This document shows positions 25,978-34,600 of a stretch of DNA of 64,000 bases, one piece after another. The position numbers were made by a program, and so were the translations under genes. A model generated the notes under the pieces. That model was not told the origin of the DNA. It saw nothing but the letters and a program-made list of their open reading frames with translations, and made no database searches. The DNA lies in IMG/VR virus record IMGVR_UViG_3300028177_000003, positions 25,530-89,529 of that record. One strand, 5' to 3'. Within the stretch, counting starts at the first letter, position 1. Every line of letters begins with the position of its first letter. This DNA is from a virus.

Positions 25978-26408
25978 AGCCGACTCCGAAGAGGTCTGAC
26001 CCAGCACGCTCGGGCGCGGTTGCGGCCAGGTTTGTGTCCCGAATAGAACTTGATCTGCGCTCCCACGGAGGGCACCCAGGGTTCCAGAAGATCGCTTGCG
26101 TGGAAGAACAAGATCTGCTCTGATTCTGCCAGGTTGGCGAAGCCCCACCCCTTGTCTGGGTCAAAGGACTGCACCCTGCCTAATAGGAGGGAGGGACAGA
26201 CAGTCCGAGATACCCTTCGCGCTTGAGGAAGGTTCCCGCCGGACCTGGTGCCCAGACCCTCTACCTCTACCTCCTCCCCCAGAATGGGAGGAGGGCCCCC
26301 AGGGGTGAGGCGACAGAAGTCCCCCGCCTGGAAGTAGACCGATCTCCCCGAATGCACAGCAAACCCGTAGTGCTTCGCCTGCACATAGAGAGAGATTTCC
26401 CCCTTCAC
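25974..26408 (-). CDS. tandem cold-shock (CSD/OB) domain protein
   Basis: KHYGFA..VYF and [21 protein letters not shown]-like motifs. Confidence 0.75.
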   Translation of the reverse strand: MKGEISLYVQAKHYGFAVHSGRSVYFQAGDFCRLTPGGPPPILGEEVEVEGLGTRSGGNLPQARRVSRTVCPSLLLGRVQSFDPDKGWGFANLAESEQILFFHASDLLEPWVPSVGAQIKFYSGHKPGRNRARACWVRPLRSRL

Positions 26409-26863
26409 TGCAAAAGGGCGATGCGGTCCGAGATCGCGTTCTTGGCGCCCTTGCGGTCCTTTCCGCTCGTGGAGCCTTCAGCGTACAGAAGCTCCTTGAG
26501 AAAGTTGTCGTACTCACCTGTGGCCAGGGCTGCGACCAGTTCGGCGTTCGTACCGTCCAAGACCTCCACGGGGATCGTCTTGGCCTTCTCCGCAACCTCA
26601 GGCTCCGGCTCAGGCTCGGGAGTGGGCTCCGGCTCAGGCTCGGGAGTGGGCTCCGGCTCGGGCTCGGGAGTGGGCTCGGGCTCCGGCTCGGGGGTGGGCT
26701 CAGGCTCAGGTTCGGGCTCGGGAGTGGGCTCGGGCTCCGCCAGTGCTGCGCGCAAGGCTGCGCGAGCTTCGATTTCAGCCAGTGCGGCAGCCTCCGCCTT
26801 GAGGCGGTCTCGCTTCTGGTGGAGGGCTGGACTGATGCGAACTACGCGCTTGCGGCTGGCCAT
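26405..26863 (-). CDS. Pro/Glu-linker protein
   Basis: Central (EP)n/EPTP repeat; C-terminal E...[12 protein letters not shown] helix module. Confidence 0.65.
   Translation of the reverse strand: MASRKRVVRISPALHQKRDRLKAEAAALAEIEARAALRAALAEPEPTPEPEPEPEPTPEPEPEPTPEPEPEPTPEPEPEPTPEPEPEPEVAEKAKTIPVEVLDGTNAELVAALATGEYDNFLKELLYAEGSTSGKDRKGAKNAISDRIALLQ
26597..26737. repeat. coding tandem repeat (about 24-bp unit, EPTPEPEP)
   Basis: Degenerate ggctcgggagtgggctc repeats in frame. Confidence 0.85.
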
Positions 26864-26890
26864 ATTGATTCTCCAGGTCTGTCGCCGGGA

Positions 26891-27220
26891 TTACACTCCC
26901 GAAGTGATGCTCTTGTTTTGGACGGCGTCAAAGAAAGCAGTGTCGTCGGAGACGAGCCTCGAAGCTCGGGGGTTCCGGGCCAGAAGGGTGTCCAGACGCT
27001 CCTGGCTGTCCGCGTCCAGGTCTGGGTACAACTTGTTGTAGTCGTATCGTGCCTGGCGGGAGTGACTCAACGCTTCCAGGATGAACTTGTCCTGCAAGAT
27101 GGCAGGGTTGTCCGGATCCTTCTGAGTGACTACTCGGCCGTCAGCCATCGTGACCGTAGTGTTCGCAACGCCCTTCAAGCCGTTATTTGACCCGAACTGC
27201 CAGTACCCGAACTCAGCCAC
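26891..27220 (-). CDS. hypothetical (possibly virion) protein
   Basis: 109-aa ORF downstream of class B motif. Confidence 0.6.
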   Translation of the reverse strand: MAEFGYWQFGSNNGLKGVANTTVTMADGRVVTQKDPDNPAILQDKFILEALSHSRQARYDYNKLYPDLDADSQERLDTLLARNPRASRLVSDDTAFFDAVQNKSITSGV

Positions 27221-27252
27221 AGAAGTATCCTCTGGTAGAGTCTACCCGGCTT

Positions 27253-27267
27253 CATAGCGGAGCTACC
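27253..27267 (-). promoter_or_regulatory. Class B promoter-like motif
   Basis: GGTAG-N5-CTATG. Confidence 0.5.
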
Positions 27268-27697
27268 GGAGAGTGACCCCGAGACGCTCCATAATCCGGA
27301 GCTTCTGCCGCCCCAGGTCGGAGATGTCCACCCCCTGAGCCTGGGCAGTTTCACGCAGAGTGTCCAGGCTGGGAAGCCGCTTGGTAGGCTGCGTCGGGGT
27401 TGCGTCTGTGGGAGGGGTCTCACCGTAGCCGATGAGCAAACTCACGGTGCCGTCCAGACGGACAGTAACACAGGGAGTGCCCCTTCGGTTCTGCCCTCTC
27501 ATGAGGTGGTCGGCCGTGAGCTGGATCAGTGCGTTCGAACGCACTGCCTCGTTCGCCAGACGCAGAGCTTCCTGGGCCTGGGAAACCAGCAGGCCGACTG
27601 TGGTCAAACCCTCCCCTCCCTGCACAGGGAGGGACAAAACCGCCTGCTGAACCTCATCCGCGAGTTCTATCTCAACGGACTTCAGTTTTCTTGTCAC
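27263..27697 (-). CDS. hypothetical protein with C-terminal helix-extension-helix-like module
   Basis: LDTLRETAQAQGVDISDLGRQKLRIMERL. Confidence 0.55.
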   Translation of the reverse strand: MTRKLKSVEIELADEVQQAVLSLPVQGGEGLTTVGLLVSQAQEALRLANEAVRSNALIQLTADHLMRGQNRRGTPCVTVRLDGTVSLLIGYGETPPTDATPTQPTKRLPSLDTLRETAQAQGVDISDLGRQKLRIMERLGVTLR

Positions 27698-27791
27698 GGG
27701 AACCTCCAGGAGTAGAAGTACCCGCGACTGATTTAGGGGGACCCCCTTCAGAGCAAACTACCTGGCGTTTAGTGGTTCGCGAGGGGCGACT

Positions 27792-28862
27792 TTACGAATA
27801 CGAATAGTACAGGTTTACAACAGCCTGCCACTCGTAGGACCCTTCATCGTCCCACCGCACCAGGGCAACCACCTCTCCCATGCCCCCCGGCCAGTGACTG
27901 TCCCGGTACTTTCGCGAGAGGGCTTCCCCCTCAGCTTCGGCGCGGTTCTTGGACGCGTTCGGCGAGGTGAGACGAATGTCTGGGTTCCTGTGCCCCGGGA
28001 AGGGCAAATGGACCTGCCGATTGATTCCCTTCAGGACATCCCAGGAGGGCTTCGGGTACTGCTCCAGAGCCTGGAAGTTGGAGTTCAAATCCACCTTGAT
28101 GATCGGGAGCGAGCTCGCCTTCTTGTCCTCTTCCTCGGGGTCGCCTGGCAGGACCGAGCCGCCGTCGACGGGGAGGGTCGCTCGTGAAGCATCCGAAGAC
28201 AGGTTGTCGTCCTTGATCTCCCCCGGCGTCCAGACGGCCCTCTTCTCGGGAGTCGTGTGGCGCAAGCGATCCCGGTTCAACTGACGGGCCTTGAGCTTCA
28301 ACTCCTGCTCTGTGTCGGCCAGGATCGGCGCTCCCTGAGCATCGACCCCCACGAAGAAGAAGATGTTCCCCCTCTTGTCCTGCAGGGTGTCTCCCTGGTC
28401 CGCGATCGGCCGAGTGCGGGGACGAGCCTCGCCGAAGAAGACATCCACCAGCTGGTAGCCTTGCTGGCTGAGCATACGGGTAGAGCCCAGTTCTCTGGGC
28501 GCCCCCAGGCCCCCCTCCAGGTAGCGGACCGAAACACGCTCAGCAGCCTCTGCAGCCCAGCGGCCATACCCGCCACCCCAGCTGGTCTGCCTGGAGGGGT
28601 TTACGACCTTGTCGCCGTTCGGGGACCTCTTGGGAGGAGGCCGAGTTCCCTCGTCGTCCGTGCTGTATCCCCCCGGATTGGAGTGGGAGCGCGACACATA
28701 CTTGTCTGCGGCATTCTCCGAAGGGAACGGACCGTAGGTGGTGGCTTCGTCCCATTCCCCGTATTCGTCGGAGGCCAGGTCCACATACCACTTGCCGTTG
28801 CTGGCCTTCCAGTACTCACAGTATCTGGACCGGCTGGCAGACTTGTTCGTATCAAATGGCAT
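27792..28862 (-). CDS. multi-module hypothetical (possible virion) protein
   Basis: 356-aa ORF; compact segments separated by KSA, KRA, KKA; class B-like motif at 28892. Confidence 0.65.
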   Translation of the reverse strand: MPFDTNKSASRSRYCEYWKASNGKWYVDLASDEYGEWDEATTYGPFPSENAADKYVSRSHSNPGGYSTDDEGTRPPPKRSPNGDKVVNPSRQTSWGGGYGRWAAEAAERVSVRYLEGGLGAPRELGSTRMLSQQGYQLVDVFFGEARPRTRPIADQGDTLQDKRGNIFFFVGVDAQGAPILADTEQELKLKARQLNRDRLRHTTPEKRAVWTPGEIKDDNLSSDASRATLPVDGGSVLPGDPEEEDKKASSLPIIKVDLNSNFQALEQYPKPSWDVLKGINRQVHLPFPGHRNPDIRLTSPNASKNRAEAEGEALSRKYRDSHWPGGMGEVVALVRWDDEGSYEWQAVVNLYYSYS

Positions 28863-28882
28863 CTGGTAGTCCTCGTTATCCC

Positions 28883-29473
28883 TCAGAAGGGGATAGCCAG
28901 ACCATTGCAGTGGTCCTCCAGCGCGCAGAAGTTACAGAGCCAGAGAAGGTTGCCTCCACTCCAGATTACCTCCTGGCCTCGCATGAAGCCTTGGCCGCAC
29001 AGAGTACAGCGATCCCAGGGGGCGTGGTGGAGGTTCGGTAGGATCAAGCCCGGAGGAGGGTCGAATAGGGGAGACGGAGGCAGCAAATCCTGGTCGGAGC
29101 CTACCCGCCGCCGAGTGCCTATGCGAGGGTCCATTTCGTAGAGGAAGGGGGCGGCGTAGCGGGGAATCTCGTACTCGAGATCTTTCATCAGCGAGGTCAG
29201 CACTACCTTCAGATCTGACCGGTAGAGCTCCAGGCAGTTCACTCTCCTCTGCACTGCGAACGTGTGTCCCTCATGTCGCTGTTCCTCTCGGCGGTGTTCC
29301 TCGAGATAGCCGCACACGTAGAACTCTACTGCGTCCGCGTGGGGCAGTCGGGAAACACTCATGCTGAACCTGAGTGGGATGCACCCCTCAGGTAGACTGC
29401 CCCACCAGCTTCTCTGGAGAGCCTTCAACATCTTGCCAGTGAACTCCGGCTTGGTCAAACCCTCCAGGTTCAT
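28883..29473 (-). CDS. hypothetical protein with C-terminal CxxC pairs
   Basis: CTLC..CNFC. Confidence 0.55.
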   Translation of the reverse strand: MNLEGLTKPEFTGKMLKALQRSWWGSLPEGCIPLRFSMSVSRLPHADAVEFYVCGYLEEHRREEQRHEGHTFAVQRRVNCLELYRSDLKVVLTSLMKDLEYEIPRYAAPFLYEMDPRIGTRRRVGSDQDLLPPSPLFDPPPGLILPNLHHAPWDRCTLCGQGFMRGQEVIWSGGNLLWLCNFCALEDHCNGLAIPF

Positions 29474-30045
29474 CTACGAACCCTGAATGCACCCAGGTAG
29501 ATCTTGAACCGGGTGAGCGCACTCGCCTGGTTCAACAGGTAGTACAGACGCATGGCGTCTTCGACGTCCCGCATCGCCGTGTGGCCTCCTTCGAGGGACC
29601 ATCCCAGATACTCTCTCACCGAGTCCAGCCCTACGCTGTCCAGACCCATAGGGTACAGGTGCTCATAGCAGAGGGTGATGGTGTCTATCTTGCGGTGGGG
29701 GATGCTGAGGGGGACACCTGCCCTCTTGAAGACTCCCTTGAGCATAGCCTCGTCGTACGAGACGTTGTGCCCTACCAGAATGCAACCCGCCAGGAACATC
29801 GCCAAGTCGCTGGCGATGTCTTTCAACAACGGTGCGTCGTCCCAGAGGGAAGGGTTGGCAGCGTAGCCGTTGACCTCAAGGGCTACGTCCTCTGCAACCT
29901 CCAGGTGTTCCGGCTTGATGCGAGTATGGTAGCGGTCCACCCCTCCGCCTGGGCGAACGCGGATGACAGCGATCTCGATGACTTCGTGGACAACGGGGTC
30001 CAGACCTGTCGTCTCAGTGTCAATAAAAGCCAGCGACTTACGCAA
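29470..30045 (-). CDS. DEDDh 3'-5' exonuclease (DnaQ-like)
   Basis: FIDTETTGLD, GHNVSYD, HTAMRDV. Confidence 0.93.
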   Translation of the reverse strand: MRKSLAFIDTETTGLDPVVHEVIEIAVIRVRPGGGVDRYHTRIKPEHLEVAEDVALEVNGYAANPSLWDDAPLLKDIASDLAMFLAGCILVGHNVSYDEAMLKGVFKRAGVPLSIPHRKIDTITLCYEHLYPMGLDSVGLDSVREYLGWSLEGGHTAMRDVEDAMRLYYLLNQASALTRFKIYLGAFRVRR

Positions 30046-30067
30046 GGGGTTCTCCGGAGGGAAGCCC

Positions 30068-30850
30068 CTACCCCGAACGCATCCTCAAGCTGGGGTTGTA
30101 ACTGCTGTCTATGTCCACGTGGCCTCGGTTTGCATCCACTCGCACCCGACACCCGGGAGGATAGAGGGACAGAGCGTCCTCCACCAGGAGCAACAGGATC
30201 CCTTGCTCTTGCCCCACCACGGAGAGGTGAGAGAGGGCTCCTCCTCGAGCGGTGACTACGGCACGAGCTGAAGACGCAGGAATGTAGTAGTCTGCGCTGG
30301 CGTAGGGTATCACCGCAAGCTGGTCCAGTCGTAGTTCTTCGTCGGGCTCGGGGTGCACTACGGTCAGGTAGGGAGTGGCACCGCTCCCAGACAAGACCAG
30401 GGCTTCGAACTCGCACATCTTTTGCTGGACTCTGAACTTCATCCGATTAGCGGCGTGCGCCACTGCCTCGTCCAGGTAGTCTCTGCGCGGGTTCATCCCA
30501 GCCCCGAGCATCCAGTCGGTGTGGAACGGGTTGTCGCGGGAGACTTTCACCCCGGACTTGCTCAAGGGAACCCAGGCGGGGGCCAGATGGAGTGCATGTG
30601 TCTTAGCCAGACACCAGTGGATGAACGGCGCTGAGGGCACCCTGAAGCGATCCCGCTTCTTCCGCCCGCGTATGGGGTGGCGAGAGCAAGTCTCCGTCGT
30701 TTGCTTCAGGGAGAACCTGTGAGACCCGCAGTGGTCACCGCAGACACGGGGGACCCCCAGGTCGAACCACGCCCCGTCGAGCGGCGAAACTCTACTACGA
30801 CCGTCGTCCGGGGCAATGAGAAGGAACTCCTCCCTGCGCGGTCCAGGCAT
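30068..30850 (-). CDS. protein with C-terminal PEP-utilising phosphohistidine (mobile) domain
   Basis: AVVTARGGALSHLSVVGQEQG..PG.RVRVDA..G. Confidence 0.75.
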   Translation of the reverse strand: MPGPRREEFLLIAPDDGRSRVSPLDGAWFDLGVPRVCGDHCGSHRFSLKQTTETCSRHPIRGRKKRDRFRVPSAPFIHWCLAKTHALHLAPAWVPLSKSGVKVSRDNPFHTDWMLGAGMNPRRDYLDEAVAHAANRMKFRVQQKMCEFEALVLSGSGATPYLTVVHPEPDEELRLDQLAVIPYASADYYIPASSARAVVTARGGALSHLSVVGQEQGILLLLVEDALSLYPPGCRVRVDANRGHVDIDSSYNPSLRMRSG

Positions 30851-30886
30851 GTCTCTCCGGGTAGCTTCTCGAAGCTTAGAGGGTAA

Positions 30887-31930
30887 TCACCGAGGTCTTA
30901 GCGAGCCCAGATTGAGACCGACCAGGCCCGCCTTGATCTTGCGTGCGCTGGCTCCCAGGAAGCGTAGGTGGGTCTCACGGGTCAGGCGGAAGGGTCCGTC
31001 GGGAGCCTCGACCCAGTTGAGGTTCCGCTTGTTCCAGGAACCTGAATCCCCCACGTGGGTGACCATCCCCTCGGAGTTGAAGCGATACCACTGAGTCTCG
31101 CGGCGGCTCTGCGTCTGGGTGAGCCCGGTGCGGTTGTTCTTCAGGCCGTCCTTGTCCGTGGGCTTGGTCACCTTGAAGTACTCATAGCGAGAGTCCAGGC
31201 CCAGCTCCAGGGGACCTTCCGCGCCCGAGCAGTGGTAGAGGGACGCCATCGCTGCCAGGAGAGCCCAGGAGCCGGTCAGGGTCTCCGGCTCAGGGTTGAC
31301 CCACTCGCCGTCGCAGACATTCGCCTCCGGATCTCCGCCCCACATGTTCCCAGCGGGGCCCTCGATCTTGACCGAGTAGACCCGGACCGTCTCCGCCTTG
31401 GGCCACCAGAAGTACCGGGTGTTCTCGAACACCTTCCCCGAAGTCCCCATGTCCTCCCGTTCCCAGGTCCGTCCTGTGTCAATGCGGGGGAGACCCTCGT
31501 AGGTCATGCCGTTGTCACGCCAGCAGGAGTCGTGGCAGCCATCAGCGACCACGAAGCCAGGGGCATCCGTGCGGACTGCCTTCCCGCTACTCCGGCGCGT
31601 GTCCGGGATGTCCTTGTTGGTCAGGGACGCCGTCGGAACCCAGGGGGCACGAGGCTTGTTCCAGGAAGAGGAGTCGTCCAGCTTCGTGTGCGGCTCGGTT
31701 CCGGGAAGCACGATGCGCCAGCTGACGTAGTTGGAGGATGCACTGTACTGGGCCCAGTACCGGAAGGTATCCGGACACTCCTGGTCCTCGTCGTCCAGGG
31801 GGTCGCGGACGGCCTCCATGTCAAAGGTCAGCCAACGAGTGGCGGAACACGTCCCTCGGGGCATGACCTGCTTGACGGTCTCATCGACGAGACCCTGTAC
31901 GAGGTGGAGGACGAAGTCGGTGCGGGCCAT
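30887..31930 (-). CDS. hypothetical protein
   Basis: Start MARTDF with AGGAG RBS. Confidence 0.65.
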   Translation of the reverse strand: MARTDFVLHLVQGLVDETVKQVMPRGTCSATRWLTFDMEAVRDPLDDEDQECPDTFRYWAQYSASSNYVSWRIVLPGTEPHTKLDDSSSWNKPRAPWVPTASLTNKDIPDTRRSSGKAVRTDAPGFVVADGCHDSCWRDNGMTYEGLPRIDTGRTWEREDMGTSGKVFENTRYFWWPKAETVRVYSVKIEGPAGNMWGGDPEANVCDGEWVNPEPETLTGSWALLAAMASLYHCSGAEGPLELGLDSRYEYFKVTKPTDKDGLKNNRTGLTQTQSRRETQWYRFNSEGMVTHVGDSGSWNKRNLNWVEAPDGPFRLTRETHLRFLGASARKIKAGLVGLNLGSLRPR

Positions 31931-32184
31931 CAGAGAGTCTCCTGAACGGGGGTCTGGCTGTACTTCTCGGCCAAGTAGGCTTGAAAGCCGCCCTCTGCTA
32001 CGGTGACTCCGTGGCGCTCGGCGATCGCAACCGCGTCGGCGTGGGACAGCTTGTTCCAGTCGGCGAACGCTGTCGTGACCTGCTCCTTGGTCAACCCAGT
32101 CCACATTTGCAGCTTGTCGTAGAACCACTCCCCCTCAAAGAGCTGGGCGTCCTTCCAGACACGGATGAGGTGCTCTGCAGTCAT
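31930..32184 (-). CDS. hypothetical protein
   Basis: Start MTAEHL. Confidence 0.6.
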   Translation of the reverse strand: MTAEHLIRVWKDAQLFEGEWFYDKLQMWTGLTKEQVTTAFADWNKLSHADAVAIAERHGVTVAEGGFQAYLAEKYSQTPVQETL

Positions 32185-32186
32185 GA

Positions 32187-32540
32187 TCAGGCTCCGTACT
32201 GGTAGACGATGGTGTCGGACCCGCACAGGGGGCACAGGGTCTCGTCGTGGTCGTCCGGGATGTGCACGTGGTGCATCCGGTCGTCCCACCCACAGCGGTC
32301 GTCCGGGCCCTGGTTGTCCGAGATGTCCGCCCGGTAGCAGGCCGCAGCGTGCTTGCAGGTGCCCGTCTTCTTCCAGGGCCAGCACGTGCAGGTGTAGTGG
32401 TACTCCATGACGCGGTCGGGGCTGTAGTTCCGCTCCCAGGTCACCGTGTAGGAGGACTTTCCGTCCGAGGAGGGGAACTCCCGGCTCCACTCTCGGGTCT
32501 GGGAACAGGCGCGGGCGGTGTGGATGGTCAGGTCAGGCAT
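32187..32540 (-). CDS. SWIM zinc-finger protein
   Basis: SYTV..YTCTC..CKH plus CPLCG. Confidence 0.75.
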   Translation of the reverse strand: MPDLTIHTARACSQTREWSREFPSSDGKSSYTVTWERNYSPDRVMEYHYTCTCWPWKKTGTCKHAAACYRADISDNQGPDDRCGWDDRMHHVHIPDDHDETLCPLCGSDTIVYQYGA

Positions 32541-32679
32541 CAGTTCCACCCCAGGAGGGCTCGGTTGCCATTGCGACAACGAAACCCAGAGAGAGGATCA
32601 CGGTCATCGCCAGGAGCCAACCCGCACCGGCGGACCAGTCCACGGGGGCACTCATGAGGGTCTCGAGGTTCTGCAGCAT
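32533..32679 (-). CDS. small membrane protein (48 aa)
   Basis: Manual ORF MLQNLETL..WLLAMTVILSLGFVVAM; AGGAGG RBS. Confidence 0.55.
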   Translation of the reverse strand: MLQNLETLMSAPVDWSAGAGWLLAMTVILSLGFVVAMATEPSWGGTDA

Positions 32680-32699
32680 GTGGGCCTCCTACAGCTCAG

Positions 32700-32727
32700 T
32701 TACGTCCCTAAGAACATGAGGGAACCC
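32700..32727 (-). promoter_or_regulatory. Class A promoter-like motif
   Basis: Perfect consensus. Confidence 0.75.
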
Positions 32728-32735
32728 TCTACGGG

Positions 32736-32750
32736 GGTAGAAAGCCTATC
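32736..32750 (+). promoter_or_regulatory. Class B promoter-like motif upstream of tmRNA
   Basis: GGTAG-N5-CTATC. Confidence 0.55.
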
Positions 32751-32787
32751 GCCGAGGTACTCTTGTGTAGTTGGTCTTTCACATTAC

Positions 32788-33153
32788 GGGGTCGAAACGG
32801 TTTCGACAGGGCAGATAAGGTTTAGCAGGCGTGGCAAGGGATGGACCACCTTACGGTTCGGCAAACACAAACGCCAACAACAACAACGCTTTCCGGGCTG
32901 CGGCCTGAGAAAGCCCTGGGACTTCGTGAGCCCAGGTGACTGTTAGCAAGAGAGTGACTCACTCAGCTTCCAGTTGTATTTGACGAGTTCGGCAAGCTCT
33001 CGGGGTAGCACCTGACCGGGAGACGGAGCACACCAGGAGACGCTGCTCCAGGGGAAAGATCCTGGGACACGATGGTTCTGTGAATGGACCAAGGCTACGA
33101 AAGCTGCGACACTACGTTTGTTCTGGACGCGGGTTCGACTCCCGCCGACTCCA
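32788..33153 (+). ncRNA. ssrA: tmRNA
   Basis: 5' GGGGTCG pairs with 3' CGACTCC-A with a G3:U pair (Ala identity); T-arm GCGGGTTCGACTCCCGC; tag ORF 32873..32908 ANNNNAFRAAA-stop. Confidence 0.95.
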
Positions 33154-33168
33154 ATCTCATTAGCGAAG

Positions 33169-33200
33169 ACAGCCCCCACGGCTACCCCCGTGGGGGCTGT
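33169..33200 (+). terminator. hairpin downstream of tmRNA
   Basis: 13-bp stem ACAGCCCCCACGG/CCGTGGGGGCTGT. Confidence 0.65.
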
Positions 33201-33228
33201 TCGCGTTCCGGAACGGTATCGTAGTGGG

Positions 33229-33414
33229 ATGCTTCTCTTCCTTCTCCTTACAGCCTTCGGCCCTCCTCCCGTTCCACAGTGTGTCCTGCTCTCCTGCGAG
33301 GAAGACACCTGCGTCATCGACACGCCAGAGGGCTACGCGCCGACGTGGCGGAGGCAGGGGTGGAAGGCAGGAGACCGCGTGCACTGCGTGGACGTAGGGA
33401 TCGAGCCCACCTGA
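33229..33414 (+). CDS. small Cys-rich, possibly exported protein
   Basis: Hydrophobic N-terminus, four Cys; no clear RBS. Confidence 0.4.
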   Translation: MLLFLLLTAFGPPPVPQCVLLSCEEDTCVIDTPEGYAPTWRRQGWKAGDRVHCVDVGIEPT

Positions 33415-33604
33415 TCAGAGGTGGAAGGGCCTCTTGCCGAAGACCTTCTTGATCTCCTTGGGGCCCAGCGGACCCTTCTCCGTCGGGAGTGCGGGCAATC
33501 CAGGAGTTGTTGTTTCTCTTGACTTCGCCGAGGACCCCGGCGTCCCAGGTGACCTGCTTCCAGCCGTCCGCCCCAGCTGTTCGTGATACCTTGGTGTCCA
33601 TCGT

Positions 33605-34600
33605 TCAATCCTCGTATTCCTGCATCGCTTGGATGAGGAGTCCTCTGGCCACAGTATTGAGAGGTTCCGCCGCCTGGCGAATCTCAGATACAGAAATGGG
33701 GAACCGCTTCCGCTTCCGCTCGAAGGTGTGCTCGAAAAAGGGGAGGAAGTTCTGAGCCAAGCTCGTGCCTCCAGCCACCACGAGGGGGATAGCCCGAGGG
33801 AGAGCGAACCGGTCCTTGATGAGAGCGAACTCACGGGCGGTCTGGTCGATGCAGTACTCGATCAGGCTCTTGTAGTACAGCACCAGAGCCTCCTGCTCTC
33901 GACCTTCCGGGTTCAAGAGGTCCAGACCCTGCTCCTTGAGAGAGCACATCCGAGAAGCAGTGGAACCCACGGCCTTCGCGGCACCCTGGTCAATCCAGTC
34001 GCCTCCGCGCCCCACGGAGAAGACCAGACCCTCGATTGCGTTCACGGCGAGGGCCACGTTGCACATTCCAGAGCCGAAGCTGACGGCCAGACCGGAGAAC
34101 TGCTCGGCAGCGGTCTCCGCGTAGATGATGGCCATGGCCTCGTTCGCCGGGGTCGCTGTGTACCCGCACTCCGTCACGATGCGCTCAAAGACTCCACGAT
34201 GGTACACCGTGTCCCGTTCGGAGTCCACGGGTGCTGCCGGGATGGAGAAGTAGCAGTGCTCTCCCTTGACGGCGGGCTTCCCCAACAGGTTCTGTACCAT
34301 GACACCGAGGATCTCCAGAGCGTCCATCTCGCCTGCGGCGATCAAACCCCCGCTCAGAGGACGCCGAGCTTCCCGCCCGAAGACGTTCGCCATCTCGAGA
34401 GCTGCGTCGCCGACGACAATGATGCCCTCCTCCCCGCGATCAATGAAGTTGACCCCAGAGAGCTTGAGCATCCGACGAGCTCCTGCGTCCAGGTCCAGGA
34501 AGGCGTCCCGAACCCGAGCCGTCTCCACCTGCCCGTCCCCCACTCGCTGAGCGCAGACGATGTTCATCGTCCCGATGTCGAGGCCTTTTCCCTTGTTCAT
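33605..34600 (-). CDS. actin-like ATPase (MreB/ParM/FtsA superfamily)
   Basis: GLDIGTMN (phosphate 1), NEAMA, SFGSG (phosphate 2), VAGGTS (adenosine). Confidence 0.85.
   Translation of the reverse strand: MNKGKGLDIGTMNIVCAQRVGDGQVETARVRDAFLDLDAGARRMLKLSGVNFIDRGEEGIIVVGDAALEMANVFGREARRPLSGGLIAAGEMDALEILGVMVQNLLGKPAVKGEHCYFSIPAAPVDSERDTVYHRGVFERIVTECGYTATPANEAMAIIYAETAAEQFSGLAVSFGSGMCNVALAVNAIEGLVFSVGRGGDWIDQGAAKAVGSTASRMCSLKEQGLDLLNPEGREQEALVLYYKSLIEYCIDQTAREFALIKDRFALPRAIPLVVAGGTSLAQNFLPFFEHTFERKRKRFPISVSEIRQAAEPLNTVARGLLIQAMQEYED

Noticed and set aside
26597-26737. Periodic repeat as a possible CRISPR array
   Set aside because: No unique spacers; it is an in-frame Pro/Glu linker with wobble variation
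33125-33153. tRNA-like GGTTCGACTCC arm as a separate tRNA
   Set aside because: It is the 3' part of the tmRNA; no stand-alone tRNA was found by eye (tRNAscan not run)
32761-33323. ORFs overlapping the tmRNA (32518..32946, 32943..33323)
   Set aside because: Better explained by the structured RNA; no RBS or codon bias
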